DNA of 64,000 bases from Candidatus Poribacteria bacterium (GCA_965205025.1 CBDBFU010000007.1:64001-128000), one strand, 5' to 3'; numbered from the stretch's first letter, positions 1 to 10,636 are shown. A program made the numbers and translations. Notes: generated by a model not told the origin, from the letters alone.

Positions 1-206
1 CTCAATTATGGGATATACACCTTTACTATAAACATTCCGTCCCTACGGGACTCAAGAATGTGAAACAACTCCCTTTGCTATAGACATTTCGTCCCTACGG
101 GACTCAGTTTAGGTTTTACATGTTTTTCTATAAACATTCCGTCCCTACGGGACTCAGTATATGTAAAGTCGTATATTCAATAGACATACCGTTTCTACGA
201 CACTCC
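1..206. repeat. Regularly spaced 29-bp repeat array (REP-like, CRISPR-like layout), cut off at the window start
   Basis: CTATA(A/G)ACATT(C/T)CGTCCCTACGGGACTCA at 26-54, 78-106 and 128-156, a degenerate copy at 178-206, and a probable repeat end 'ctca' at 1-4. Period 50-52 bp, unique 21-23 nt spacers, palindromic core GTCCC-TAC-GGGAC. Confidence 0.85.
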
Positions 207-347
207 AATTTTTACAGCTAATTAGTCCTATTTAGATGAAAAATCGTAATGTAGATATTTTAATTGAAAATGGTATAATTTGTATATGATAATCCTTGTA
301 TCCCGCAAGTCATAATATAAATCTATCAATTGAAAGTGGTATAACTA

Positions 348-935
348 TCAACGAGTTTGATTTTCAAATGTTGTGATGTCTGCTTCATATTGAAGTGTCC
401 ACCCGATTTCGTCAAGTCCGTTTAGTAGGCAGTATTTCTCAAAGTCGCCTATCTCAAATGTGTGGGTAGTGCCATCAGGACATATAACCGATTGTACTTC
501 CAAGTCAATCATCAATTGATAGCCTTCTGTGTCTTGTGCTGCTTTGCTTAGTTCTGTGATGACATCTGCAGGTAATGAGACAGGTAGGATTCCATTTTTA
601 TAGCAGTTGTTACGGAAGATGTCTGCAAAGGAGGGTGCGAGAATGGCTTTAAATCCGTATTGCTGAAGTGCCCAGGGTGCATGTTCACGTGAACTGCCGC
701 AACCGAAGTTTATTCCTGCAATGAGAATACTTGCGTCAGCATACTGGGGTTGGTTTAAGATAAAATCTGGATTTGGATCACCGTTTTCAAGGTACCGCCA
801 GTCGTAAAATAGGAATTCACCGAATCCTGTGCGTTCAATTCGTTTTAGAAATTGTTTTGGTATTATCTGGTCGGTATCAACATTAATTCGGTCAAGTGGT
901 ACGACGAATCCAACGTGTTCTTTAAATGCTTCCAT
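348..935 (-). CDS. leuD: 3-isopropylmalate dehydratase small subunit
   Basis: [13 protein letters not shown] and [13 protein letters not shown] motifs; AAGGAG RBS before the ATG at 935. Confidence 0.97.
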   Translation of the reverse strand: MEAFKEHVGFVVPLDRINVDTDQIIPKQFLKRIERTGFGEFLFYDWRYLENGDPNPDFILNQPQYADASILIAGINFGCGSSREHAPWALQQYGFKAILAPSFADIFRNNCYKNGILPVSLPADVITELSKAAQDTEGYQLMIDLEVQSVICPDGTTHTFEIGDFEKYCLLNGLDEIGWTLQYEADITTFENQTR

Positions 936-1120
936 TTCAATTAACTCCTTAGCTGCCAATCCAATGTTTTATTTTTCGAGTACACTAACCCCTCCAATCA
1001 GAAACTTTTTTCTGAAGTTCAAGGGAAGTATACTGGTCTCGGTATGCTTTTAATCCACCAATCCATTCTAAGTTTGGTTTTTTTCTATTTTGAACTTCTC
1101 CCGCATTTAGAGAATCAATC

Positions 1121-1235
1121 ATGAAAATTAATTTTTTAAATCGGTAATTTTAAAGAAAGATCCAGTGCGGTTAGCAAACCGCACCTACCGGGTTTGGGAA
1201 AATTAGAATTACCGAAAGATTTATTTAAACTTCAT
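1121..1235. repeat. 115-bp hairpin/MITE-like element, family A copy 1
   Basis: Arms ATGAAAATTAA-n8-(A)TCGGTAATT ... AATTACCGAA-n8-TTAAACTTCAT around a REP core GTGCGGTTAGCAAACCGCACCTAC; nearly identical to 13588-13702. Confidence 0.85.
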
Positions 1236-1374
1236 AAATTGATTACTTCTTCTTGAAGTTGGGGAGGGAATTTTCTAATTTTTTCAATGATTATAGATTC
1301 CATTTTATACCTGTATTGCTGATTAGAGGATGTTAATCATATACACTTGGCATCTTGTGTATACCTATTTCTGT

Positions 1375-2775
1375 TTATTCAAATGATCGAATATCAACAA
1401 AATGACCTGTTACAGCAGTTGCTGCAGCCATTTGGGGACTTACAAGGTGTGTGCGTCCACCTTTACCTTGTCTGCCTTCAAAGTTTCTGTTAGATGTACT
1501 GGCACACCTTTGACCTGGTGTTAGCGTGTCTGGATTCATTCCAAGACACATACTGCATCCTGCTTCTCGCCATTCGAAACCTGCTGATTGGAAGATTTCA
1601 TCAAGTCCTTCAGCTTCGGCTTGCCGTTTGACGGCTTGTGAACCAGGGACAACCATTGCGCTGACGGTGTCTGCAACCTTTCTGCCTTTTGCCACTTCTG
1701 CTGCTGCACGGAGATCACTAATCCGGGAATTGGTACAACTGCCAATAAAAACCCTTTCTACAGGGATGTCAGTCATTGGCGTACCGGGTTTTAGTCCCAT
1801 ATATTCTAATGCGTGTTCTGTAGCACGTTTTTCATCTTGTGATGACATGTTAGCGGGATCTGGCACCTGTCCAGTAACATCGGTGACCATTCCAGGGTTT
1901 GTACCCCAGGTGACTTGGGGTGCTATATCGGCAGCGTCAAGTGTGAGTGTTTTATCATAGGATGCCCCGTCATCTGTTGGAAGTTGTTTCCAACGTTTAA
2001 CTGCAGCATCAAATTCTTCGTCTTTCGGAGTGAAACGTCTTCCAGCAAGATATTCATAGGTTGTATCATCAGGGGCAATCATACCTGCCCTTGCACCTGC
2101 TTCAATTGACATATTACATACTGTCATCCGTTCTTCAATACTAAGGGCTCGGATAGTGGAACCGGTGTATTCTACTACTGCCCCGTTGCCACCATCAATG
2201 CCGATATGTCCGATAATGGAGAGGATGATGTCTTTTGCTGTTACCCCATAAGGGAGTGTGCCGTCAACACGGATTTCAAAGGTTTCGGATTTATGTTGTA
2301 GTAAGCATTGTGTAGCAAGGACATGTTCAATTTCACTTGTTCCGATACCAAAAGCGAGTGCTCCTAATGCACCATGTGTTGAAGTGTGGCTATCACCACA
2401 TACTATGGTCATGCCGGGTTGTGTGATACCGAGTTCAGGTCCGATGACATGGACGATTCCTTGATCGGGACTGTTGATGTCGTAGAGTGGAATGTCAAAT
2501 TCTTCACAGTTCTGTGATAGTGTCTCCATTTGCTTCGCAGCTATCTGGTCTTTGATGGGTAGACTTCGATCCGTTGTTGGCACGTTATGATCCATCGTTG
2601 CGAAGGTCAATTCGGGACGGCGTACTTTTCTGTTGTTGAGTCGTAACCCTTCAAATGCTTGTGGGGATGTGACTTCGTGTACAAGGTGTGTGTCGATATA
2701 TAGTATGGGAACTTCGTCTTCGGATGCCCGGACGAGATGTGTGTCCCATATCTTTTCGTACATTGTTTTCTTCAT
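1375..2775 (-). CDS. leuC: 3-isopropylmalate dehydratase large subunit
   Basis: [35 protein letters not shown] and [12 protein letters not shown] motifs. The start could be 2808. Confidence 0.98.
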   Translation of the reverse strand: MKKTMYEKIWDTHLVRASEDEVPILYIDTHLVHEVTSPQAFEGLRLNNRKVRRPELTFATMDHNVPTTDRSLPIKDQIAAKQMETLSQNCEEFDIPLYDINSPDQGIVHVIGPELGITQPGMTIVCGDSHTSTHGALGALAFGIGTSEIEHVLATQCLLQHKSETFEIRVDGTLPYGVTAKDIILSIIGHIGIDGGNGAVVEYTGSTIRALSIEERMTVCNMSIEAGARAGMIAPDDTTYEYLAGRRFTPKDEEFDAAVKRWKQLPTDDGASYDKTLTLDAADIAPQVTWGTNPGMVTDVTGQVPDPANMSSQDEKRATEHALEYMGLKPGTPMTDIPVERVFIGSCTNSRISDLRAAAEVAKGRKVADTVSAMVVPGSQAVKRQAEAEGLDEIFQSAGFEWREAGCSMCLGMNPDTLTPGQRCASTSNRNFEGRQGKGGRTHLVSPQMAAATAVTGHFVDIRSFE

Positions 2776-2850
2776 ATCTATTCCATTACCTCTGTTCTGT
2801 TTGTCCATAAAAAAATAAAAGTTGTCAATAGGAATTCGCCAACCGGAGTA

Positions 2851-3270
2851 TTAGGGTTGGATGATCCGCTGTTGTTTGAGGGTTTCGATTTCCTGTGTGA
2901 GTGTTTCAATCTGCTCTTCAAGGGTGTGATCTTTTCTGCTTCGCCTATGTGCTAATATGCCCCACACAGTTGCACCGAGCGCGAGAACCGCCCAAGGGAT
3001 ACCGATACAGGCAATGATGATGTTATTCTGTCTGTCAAAACCCTTCTGAACATTGTCAAATCTCTTATCAAGATTGTCAATATCCTGTTGAACATTTTCA
3101 AATCCCTTGTTCATAATTTCTTTTAGATTCTTGATTTCAGTCTTAATTACTGCGATGTCAGTCTCTACAGTATTCTGTGGTATTTGACAGAAAGCAGGTA
3201 GCACAAACACTGAAAGAAATATTGAGAGGGCAAGTATCGTTTTCATAAAGTATTCCAGTACCAGTTTCAT
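2851..3270 (-). CDS. Hypothetical exported/membrane protein with coiled coil and C-terminal TM helix
   Basis: Signal-like N-terminus, heptad 'KGFENVQ...KRFDNVQKGFD' repeats, hydrophobic segment followed by RRSRK. Confidence 0.7.
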   Translation of the reverse strand: MKLVLEYFMKTILALSIFLSVFVLPAFCQIPQNTVETDIAVIKTEIKNLKEIMNKGFENVQQDIDNLDKRFDNVQKGFDRQNNIIIACIGIPWAVLALGATVWGILAHRRSRKDHTLEEQIETLTQEIETLKQQRIIQP

Positions 3271-4632
3271 TTATCCCCTACAAAGGTGAAAGGATGGCAG
3301 ACACGTCTGGTTCCCAGAATGCTGCACAATGCCACCCAAAACTGTACAACTTAATTATGTGTCTTTTCGTAGACCCGTTGATCAATATATCACCAAGAGC
3401 TATTAACAACAGTATCATATCCTAAACAACAGTATCATACTATAAAAACACCCTAAAATCAAACAAAAGTCGCATTCTGGGTGTGTAAAGTTTATGGCAT
3501 TAATTTTACGTAATAGAAACGGATCAAATACATTTTTTAGTATAAACTATATCAAAATCTAATTTTACACTTTTCCATAAGACTATAAAATTAATTGAAG
3601 AAAACACAAATATCTAACAACTAACACACATATATCACAATAATATAAAATAAATTAAAAATATTTGTCAAAATGCAAATAAAATGATACAATACTATAT
3701 CGTTCAATAATTGCAAACTAAGGCTAACACATTTATCTGTAGAATAGGAATATCCATGTTAGAATTACAACTAAAACATTCAGAATTATCACCTTTTGAG
3801 AATCGTTCTCAAAACATATATAGTCAAAATCTAAAAAAGGGGTTACAGAGGAATATCAATGCGAATTCAACCGAATATTTTTTTAGTTTTTCAAATTTTA
3901 AAATTTTACACCTATTAATCAAATCCTTTGTTATCCCAACCCACAACAGGGTTTTCGGCTCATTAAAAAATCATTTCTTAAAAACAGACTCAAAAAACTT
4001 GAAAAACTCAAAAAACTTAAAATTAGACCGACTTCAAACAGAACAGACTATCATACACACCAGAAATCTACAGTGTACCTCATTACTACGAATCGTCCAT
4101 ACATATATAATTCTCTTCATAGAATTCGGATTTCCCTGTCCGTTGGTTCAAAATATTGTAAATGGTAAGACCAATGAATCCTCCAAATCTATGATTTATC
4201 GGATATTTTCTAATATCTTGTCAAAATGGACGGTTAGGATATTTCACATTCAAACGATTCCAAATCAATGGATTAAAAGAAAAGTAAAAGACACAAGTTC
4301 CGTCATTTTTGCAAATTCTTGTAACCTTAAAAAAGTGTCTCTAAACCCAGTGTAGTACTGACGGGAGAGGGGTTTTATCAATGTCACACCATGTGACAAA
4401 AAGTGTAACTTTTTTCAACATATTGGAAATATAAATATAACGATTGTGAATTGCTAAAAACAGTAAATTTACACAAGAATTACCCTTGGTTCAATATAAT
4501 ACATGGAAAAAAGAACCCTATGATTCCGTAATATTCATGCCAAAAACTTTACACACCCTCAACGGTATGAATGCTATTTAGCATTCACCGGGTATGAATC
4601 CTTATGCCATTCCCCGGGGTTTGTACGTTTTC

Positions 4633-4738
4633 TACACACCTTTCGTCCCGCTGGGGCTGTTATGAGTAAGGGACGAACCTAAAAATAAAACATCATTTCA
4701 GGAGTAATTCGGGTTTCGCTTCGCTCTACCCAACCTAC
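4633..4738. repeat. REP-like palindromes
   Basis: CTACACACCTTTCGTCCCGCTGGGGCT resembles the 1-206 repeat; GGGTTTCGCTTCGCTCTACCCAACCTAC is a GTAGG-type REP hairpin. Confidence 0.6.
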
Positions 4739-4836
4739 AAGTTGAGTAAGGAGAGACCACTTTTAACAGATTAATTCTAAATAGACTATTCCCAACAATT
4801 ATTAACCATTACCTAACAACCATAAATCAATAAAAA

Positions 4837-4871
4837 TGGCTTGAACCCATTAAATTACTGTGTTCAAGCCA
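4837..4871 (-). terminator. Hairpin downstream of LamG gene 1
   Basis: TGGCTTGAAC...GTTCAAGCCA followed by a T-run on the minus strand; a similar hairpin lies after LamG gene 2 (about 5976-6011). Confidence 0.6.
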
Positions 4872-4894
4872 ATCTATACTAAGAAATATCTTTA

Positions 4895-5804
4895 CTAACG
4901 AGTTTTTATATCTCCCCAAGTTGTTGTCAACTTATCTTCAGGTTCTACAGACAGAAATTCTCCATCCATAACTTGTTTAATTTCGTCAACTGACAAGGCA
5001 CGACCAAATAGATAATACTCATCCAGTAGTCCTGCATACCATCGACCATTCTTATGGTGACCGATTCCTGCAGTCACACCCCAATCATCTGAGAGTTTAC
5101 CATTCCCTTTAGCATTATGTGTCATTTCACCATCAATATAGGTTATGGCATCCCCGCTATCGCTGTCGTATGTTCCAGCAAAATGTACCCATTTATCTGC
5201 TTCAATCACTGGACCTGGGTTGATATTGAAAACCTGTGCATTGGCATTATTTCGATGGAAGAATCTAAATCCACCTGGACGAATCTCCATATGGTAGAGT
5301 CCGCTTTCATGACCCGTGCCAATTGCATCAAGCAACGTCTGAGGATCTCCAGAACCGGTATGGTTGACCCAAACAGCGATGGTGAAACCATCCAATGGTG
5401 CGTTCACAAATTCAGGACCGTTCATATCGATCCATACGTTAGTTTCCAATGCGATAGCCTTCCCTATTACACCTTTTTCCCATTTTGCATTTCCTTCTAC
5501 TGTACCATCGTTACCATTAACAGATCCATCCTTAACAGTTTCCCCTTCTTTATCAAAACTATAGTAAACCGATAAAGTTGGATCGCTAAGATCTGCATTT
5601 GCGGGGTGTAAACACACTCCTACAAAAAACAATATTGAAAAACAGACAGGACTTACGCAACTTAAGCAGAAAAAGGTAAAATTTGACTTAAAAAGCCGTC
5701 ATTTCAGTGTTTTAACCCCCTAAATCCCCCTTATCAGGGGGACTTTAAGATGAAATGCGTAAGTCCTGACAGATATATATCTGTCTCGTCCTACTCTTAC
5801 ACAT
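4895..5804 (-). pseudogene. LamG/concanavalin-like jellyroll protein with its signal peptide interrupted by a MITE
   Basis: LamG motifs (WVHFAGTYD, YIDG, GLLDE) and VEPEDKLTTTWGDIK tail. Removing 5647-5768 plus one ACAGA copy restores MCKSRTRQIYICFSILFFVGVCLHPANA-DLSDP in frame from the ATG at 5804, which has an AGAAAGGA RBS. Confidence 0.85.
5647..5768. mobile_element. 122-bp MITE, 13-bp perfect TIR, 5-bp TSD
   Basis: CAGGACTTACGCA ... TGCGTAAGTCCTG flanked by ACAGA (5642-5646 and 5769-5773); internal CCCCCTTATCAGGGGG hairpin. Confidence 0.9.
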
Positions 5805-6034
5805 TGATTTTTTCCTTTCTAAACTTGTAAATAAAGTTTACATTGCCTAATTACCTGTAATATTACAAATAACCTGCAATCAAATTTATCTCATTTTTCA
5901 TATATCTCTTGATCTAAGTCAAGAAAAATCAGAGGTGAAAACGATACCGTTCACCATTAACAACTACAAATGAAATTGGCTTGAATCAGTGATAGACCGA
6001 ATCCAAGCCAATTTGGAATATTTGAGACTCTACG

Positions 6035-6818
6035 CTATCGATGAGACTTAATGTCTCCCCAAGTTGTTGCCAACTTATCTGAAGGTTCAACCGCTAAAAG
6101 TGCTCCATTCATTACTTCCGATATTTCATCTTCTGGTAGAGCGCGACCAAAAATGTAATACTCATCCAAACGTCCATCGAACCATCGACCATTCTTATGA
6201 TGACCAATTCCTGCAGACACACCCCAGTTATCGGAACATTTTCCAGATCCAGCACCTGTGTGAGTTTCTTCTCCATTAATATAAGTTCTAATATCTCCTG
6301 AATCACTATCATAAGTTCCGGCAAAGTGAACCCACTTATTCGCTTCTATGACTGGACCTGGATTAATATTGAAGACAGTTGTGTTTGATCCATCCGATGA
6401 AAGAATCTGAAACCACCTGTACGAATTTCCATATGGAATAGACCACTTCCATGATCTGTACCAATGGCATCAAGTAATGTTTGTGGATCACTTGAACCTG
6501 AATGATTGACCAAACAGCGATGGTGAAGCCATCAACTGGTCCACCCTCAAATTCTGGACCATTCATATCAATCCAAGACTGGTTTTCCAAAACAATAGCA
6601 TTTCCATAAACGCCTTCTTCCCGATTGACATCCCCAACAATTGTACCATGGTTTCCGTTAAGTGAATTGTCTTTCACTGTATCACCATCTTCATCGAAAT
6701 TATAATACACTGAAAGTGTTGGATCATTCACTTGCGCTTCAGTATAGATCATACCAGTTACCATAAACACGATTATAGCAGTGCTGATACAGTAATATCT
6801 TATCAATTTTCTATACAT
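6035..6818 (-). CDS. LamG-like jellyroll exported protein (paralog of 4895-5804) with two -1 frameshifts
   Basis: Colinear with its neighbour when one G is added at about 6510 (AVW|VNH) and one at about 6394 (FHR|DGS); AVEPSDKLATTWGDIK tail; AAGGAG RBS. Either sequencing error or a pseudogene. Confidence 0.8.
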
Positions 6819-6940
6819 ATTGCTCCTTAATATTGTGAATAATTTCATCAATAAATGAGAATTAATAGTTTTAAATTGACTCTATTCATAAAGATCTCGG
6901 TATATAAACCCAAGAACCGATACAAATTGAACCTCTTTAT

Positions 6941-7000
6941 CTTCAATATGATAACACATTAACATATTTTCTTCAATATGATAACACATTAACATATTTT
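6941..7000. repeat. Exact 30-bp tandem duplication
   Basis: CTTCAATATGATAACACATTAACATATTTT twice, in the divergent promoter region. Confidence 0.9.
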
Positions 7001-7068
7001 GTCAACTAACTTTGATAGATTGAAATGTCTGTATTCAAATTGATATTCTTAATATACTATGTTAATAT

Positions 7069-7212
7069 AAGGTGAGTTTGATAAGACACATTGTAACCCG
7101 AACTTTTAGTTAACACCAGAGTGCACAAACTGGAAAGTTTGTGCTACAAAGACTATCTTCAGGACAAAATTCTGTTTATCGAACTGACATTTTTTAGTAT
7201 CAAACTGATGTT
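7069..7212. mobile_element. MITE-like element of the AACGTGAGTTTGATAA family
   Basis: Ends AAGGTGAGTTTGATAA ... TTATCGAACTGAC / TATCAAACTGATGTT, possible AATAT TSD, internal GCACAAACT-AGTTTGTGC hairpin; related copies at 38330-38387 and 47789-47803. Confidence 0.6.
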
Positions 7213-7254
7213 AATATAATATAATATATAGAAAACTTTTAGGAGAATAGTACT

Positions 7255-8117
7255 ATGAGATCTATAATAATATGTCAATGTATGATTATAAAGATATTAT
7301 TATCCGTAATATTCGCTCTTCCAGTATATTCATCTGATATCACTGTTGGTTTTATAACATCCGGTGATGAACCGCATGAAGTTGAAGAAGCAGCTTACAA
7401 TTGGGTAGATGAGAATTATCAAACGGCAAGGTTAATTGCAAATGATAATGGTACATTTAAGAATAACGCTGGAGTTGCATTGAAATTAGATCAATACGCC
7501 GTTCTATGGCTCTTACATACAAAAACAAATAAATTACCTGATGCATTTCTATCGGATGGAACTAAGAAAGCAGTTCTCGACTATATAGAATCAGGTGGGA
7601 GCATCTTCCTTTCTGCTGTAGGACTCCGATACGTCGTAGATCTTGGTGTGGAAAAAGGTGGGAATCCGCGGGTGTTTCAACCCCCTTGGCAAGGGACCTC
7701 CACCAATTGGAGTAAAACCGACAGCTGAGGCTAAAAACCATCCCATCTTCAAAGGTTTTGATACAAATGGACCTATATTCCTTACAAGTATGGACCAGGG
7801 TGGATTCACTTCAGACTTTCATAACTTTGCAGCTAAAGAATCCCACAGGAACAATACTTGGTACAAAAACACGTGGTGGAGGAGCAGGCGGAGGTGAACG
7901 TCCTTTAGTTGAGTATGATGTTCAGGATGGAAAAATTATCACCCTTGGTCACCACAATGGTGTCTATACTGATAATAAGTCAGAAGAAAGTGATAACCTT
8001 AGAATGCTCACTAAGAATATACTGAATTACCTTGCGGATAATTCTGCTTTTCTATCTGTTCAACCGAAAGGGAAATTGACGACCAAGTGGGGTAGATTAA
8101 AGTCTACATTTGAATAA
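7255..8117 (+). CDS. Exported protein, possibly class I GATase-like/ThuA-like fold, with the C-terminal 'WG' tail; two +1 frameshifts
   Basis: Three overlapping ORFs join if one C (7681-7685) and one A (7835-7837) are removed; 'LDYIESGGSIF', 'HPIFKGF', and VQPKGKLTTKWGRLK tail. Confidence 0.7.
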
Positions 8118-8139
8118 TAAGTCTGGATTTTTTACTTTA

Positions 8140-8172
8140 AAGAACCCGTAGCTATTGATATTACGGGTTCTT
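8140..8172. terminator. Bidirectional terminator hairpin
   Basis: AAGAACCCGTA...TACGGGTTCTT between convergent genes. Confidence 0.7.
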
Positions 8173-8209
8173 CTTGTTTTTCTATAGATTTTACTTCTAT
8201 TTGATTGTC

Positions 8210-8519
8210 TTATTCATCATTTTGAATTTGTTGTAATTCAATTGATGGATTTAGGCGGGAATGATGTAAGACCCAATAGATTCCTGCGACAAATACACCG
8301 CCAATGAGTGTGGCGAAGAACCATATACTGGTATGGACAAAGAAGATTCTGCGTCCTTCTTTACGTAATCGTAATACATCCAGATATACACCAAACCCAA
8401 AAAACGATGTGCACTATAACTGATAAAACTACAAATACAGTTGTCCAAAATACTATTGCAGATGGTGGTATTATATTAAATATATTAATAAGATTTGTAA
8501 TGAAACTTTGTCTATCCAT
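8210..8519 (-). CDS. Small membrane protein of about 102 aa (missed by the ORF track; frameshift in the A6 run at about 8399-8404)
   Basis: GGAG RBS, then MDRQSFIT...VIVHIVF|GFGVYLDVLRLRKEGRRIFFVHTSIWFFATLIGGVFVAGIYWVLHHSRL...; open from end to end after deleting one base. Confidence 0.65.
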
Positions 8520-8714
8520 TGGTATTCTCCTACAATATGTACTTTTATTTTTTGAAAATCGGAAAGAACATATAAACTCATCCTATTCACATCATATCAA
8601 CACTATGAACACAGCAGCTGGATTCCTTATCATTGTCAATATTTTGACACAATCTAACCATGCTGCTATTATGATAACTATAATATCATAAAGATAGTCT
8701 TGTAATACCAAAAA

Positions 8715-9897
8715 ATGAACATATCAGAAATACAATCCGCATTATCCGAATTGAAAATTGAAGCATGGCTTCTCTATGACTTCCCGGGGTATCAACCCTA
8801 TATCACAAAATGCAGCTGGTTTAACAGAAAAAAACATTACGCGACGGTGGTACTGTCTTATTACCCCGCAAGACGAACCACACTGGTTAATCCATAAAAT
8901 CGAAACATCAAATTTTACAGACGTGCCGGGAAAAGTCTCTCTATATGCTGGATGGCAAGAACTCAATGAAGAAATGCAATCCCTTCTTAGAGGTGTCAAA
9001 TCTGTTGTGATGGAGTATTCACCAAATGCTGCAATCCCTTACATATCACGTGTAGATGCAGGAACATTGGAATGGGTTCGCAGTCTTGGTGTTGAAATTT
9101 ACTCATCTGCAGAACTTGCACAATATATAGAAGCACGACTGAGTGAAGAACAATTTCTCGGACATCAAAAATCCGCACATTTAGTTCTTCAAGCAAAGGA
9201 TTACGCATTTAAGTGGATTGGGGAGCAACTGAAAGCAGGAAATAATATAACCGAATATGATGTTCAGCAACAGATTATGCACCAGTTTGATGAAATGGAG
9301 TTGGTTACCAACCATCCTCCCATAGTTGCTGTCAATGCCAACAGTGCTGATCCACATTACGCACCTTCCGCTACAATCTCCGAACGAATAGAGGTTAATG
9401 ATTTTATTCTAATTGATCTATGGGCAAAACAGAAAGATCCTGATGCAGTTTTCGCTGATACCACTTGGGTTGCTTATGCGGGAATTACTGTACCTGATAA
9501 GTATGTTAATATTTTTGAAATCGTTCGGGAAGCAAGGGATAGGGCTGTGGCATTTATACAGAAAAAGTGGGAAGCCAACGAACCAATTCCTGGATATACT
9601 GTTGATGATTGTGTTCGAGGTTATATTAGAGAAAAAGGGTATGGAGAATACTTTATTCACAGAACTGGACACAACATAGGAACAGTCATTCATGGGAATG
9701 GAGCGAATTTAGACAACTTGGAAACCCGAGATGAACGGCTTCTTATCCAAGGTTTGTGTTTCTCTATCGAACCCGGTATATACCTGCCCGATTTCGGCGT
9801 CCGGACAGAAATTGACGTCTTCTTAGCTGAACAAGGGAAAGCCGGCGTAAAATTGACAACCGCTCCCGTTCAAAATCAGGTATTGCCTGTGCTGTAA
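8715..9897 (+). CDS. M24 family Xaa-Pro aminopeptidase (frameshift at about 8783)
   Basis: Metal-ligand motifs LIDLWA, ADTTW, HRTGHNIG, SIEPGIY and GVRTE; the N-terminus joins via WLLYDF|RGIN after removing one C. Confidence 0.9.
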
Positions 9898-10636
9898 CTT
9901 TGTAATTTCGCTTCTTCAAATCTTTCAGGATATGGCTAAAATAGATTCGAACATTAAGTATCCACTGTTCAGCATAAGCCGTTGCTAAAAGCGGTAGTGC
10001 AACAGCTAAGCGTGGCATATTTAGGAGCCACTGTTCAGCATACTCAGCAAAATCTGTTTCTACAAGTCCAGTGCAACCCAAGGTATAAATGACGTATCGT
10101 TTATCATCACGTTGTGCTTCTCGGACATCAAGCGCAGTTTTTAAAGACATCCTTCTATTATTATCAATTTCGAATACCCAGAAAAAGTAGTCTTCATTGT
10201 GTCCAAGATAACCTATCTCAACTTCTAAACGATGTGGTGTATCTGTAAGAATTGGAATCGCTGCAAAATCACGTTTTATTAAGATTGGGTACAATGAGGA
10301 GAAGAATATTTGTTCTAACCCAAGGGGTTGTTCAACATTGTTGAGAATCTCCAGCAAAATCTCTTGATCTTCAAATTTTTGTACTTCTAAGCAACTCTTT
10401 AAAAAAACTTCATCCCGTAGTGCATGGGTTTCAGGTGCTGCATTTTCAGAAAGCGGTTTCAGTTCACGTTTCAACTTCATTATTCGACGGCGTTTTGGTA
10501 AAACACGCCAAGAGATCCAACGCGTCAATGCCTGCCATGTCTCTTTTTCACGGAGCTGCAACACAAAAGCTACAACCAAAGTCGTGATGCGTTGCAGTGT
10601 ACTTTCTGATCCAAGACCTTTCTTTCTGTTTGCCAT
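9764..10636 (-). CDS. Hypothetical protein
   Basis: 290-aa ORF filling the gap, no recognisable motif, internal YAEQW repeat; its 3' end overlaps the peptidase gene. Confidence 0.6.
   Translation of the reverse strand: MANRKKGLGSESTLQRITTLVVAFVLQLREKETWQALTRWISWRVLPKRRRIMKLKRELKPLSENAAPETHALRDEVFLKSCLEVQKFEDQEILLEILNNVEQPLGLEQIFFSSLYPILIKRDFAAIPILTDTPHRLEVEIGYLGHNEDYFFWVFEIDNNRRMSLKTALDVREAQRDDKRYVIYTLGCTGLVETDFAEYAEQWLLNMPRLAVALPLLATAYAEQWILNVRIYFSHILKDLKKRNYKVTAQAIPDFERERLSILRRLSLVQLRRRQFLSGRRNRAGIYRVR

Noticed and set aside
1-206. Calling the array a bona fide CRISPR
   Set aside because: Spacers are only 21-23 nt, the repeat resembles REP palindromes found elsewhere in the window (4633), and no cas genes are visible. 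Kept as a repeat.
3711-4355. 214-aa ORF on the + strand
   Set aside because: TTG start with no RBS; low-complexity K/N/I/S/F composition typical of chance AT-rich frames; runs through tandem repeats.
8308-8691. 127-aa + strand ORF and 65-aa - strand ORF (8251-8448)
   Set aside because: Both are shadows or wrong frames of the frameshifted membrane gene at 8210-8519.
6394-8785. Programmed frameshifting or phase variation
   Set aside because: The runs are only 2-6 nt, with no slippery heptamers or stimulators; clustering points to consensus error.
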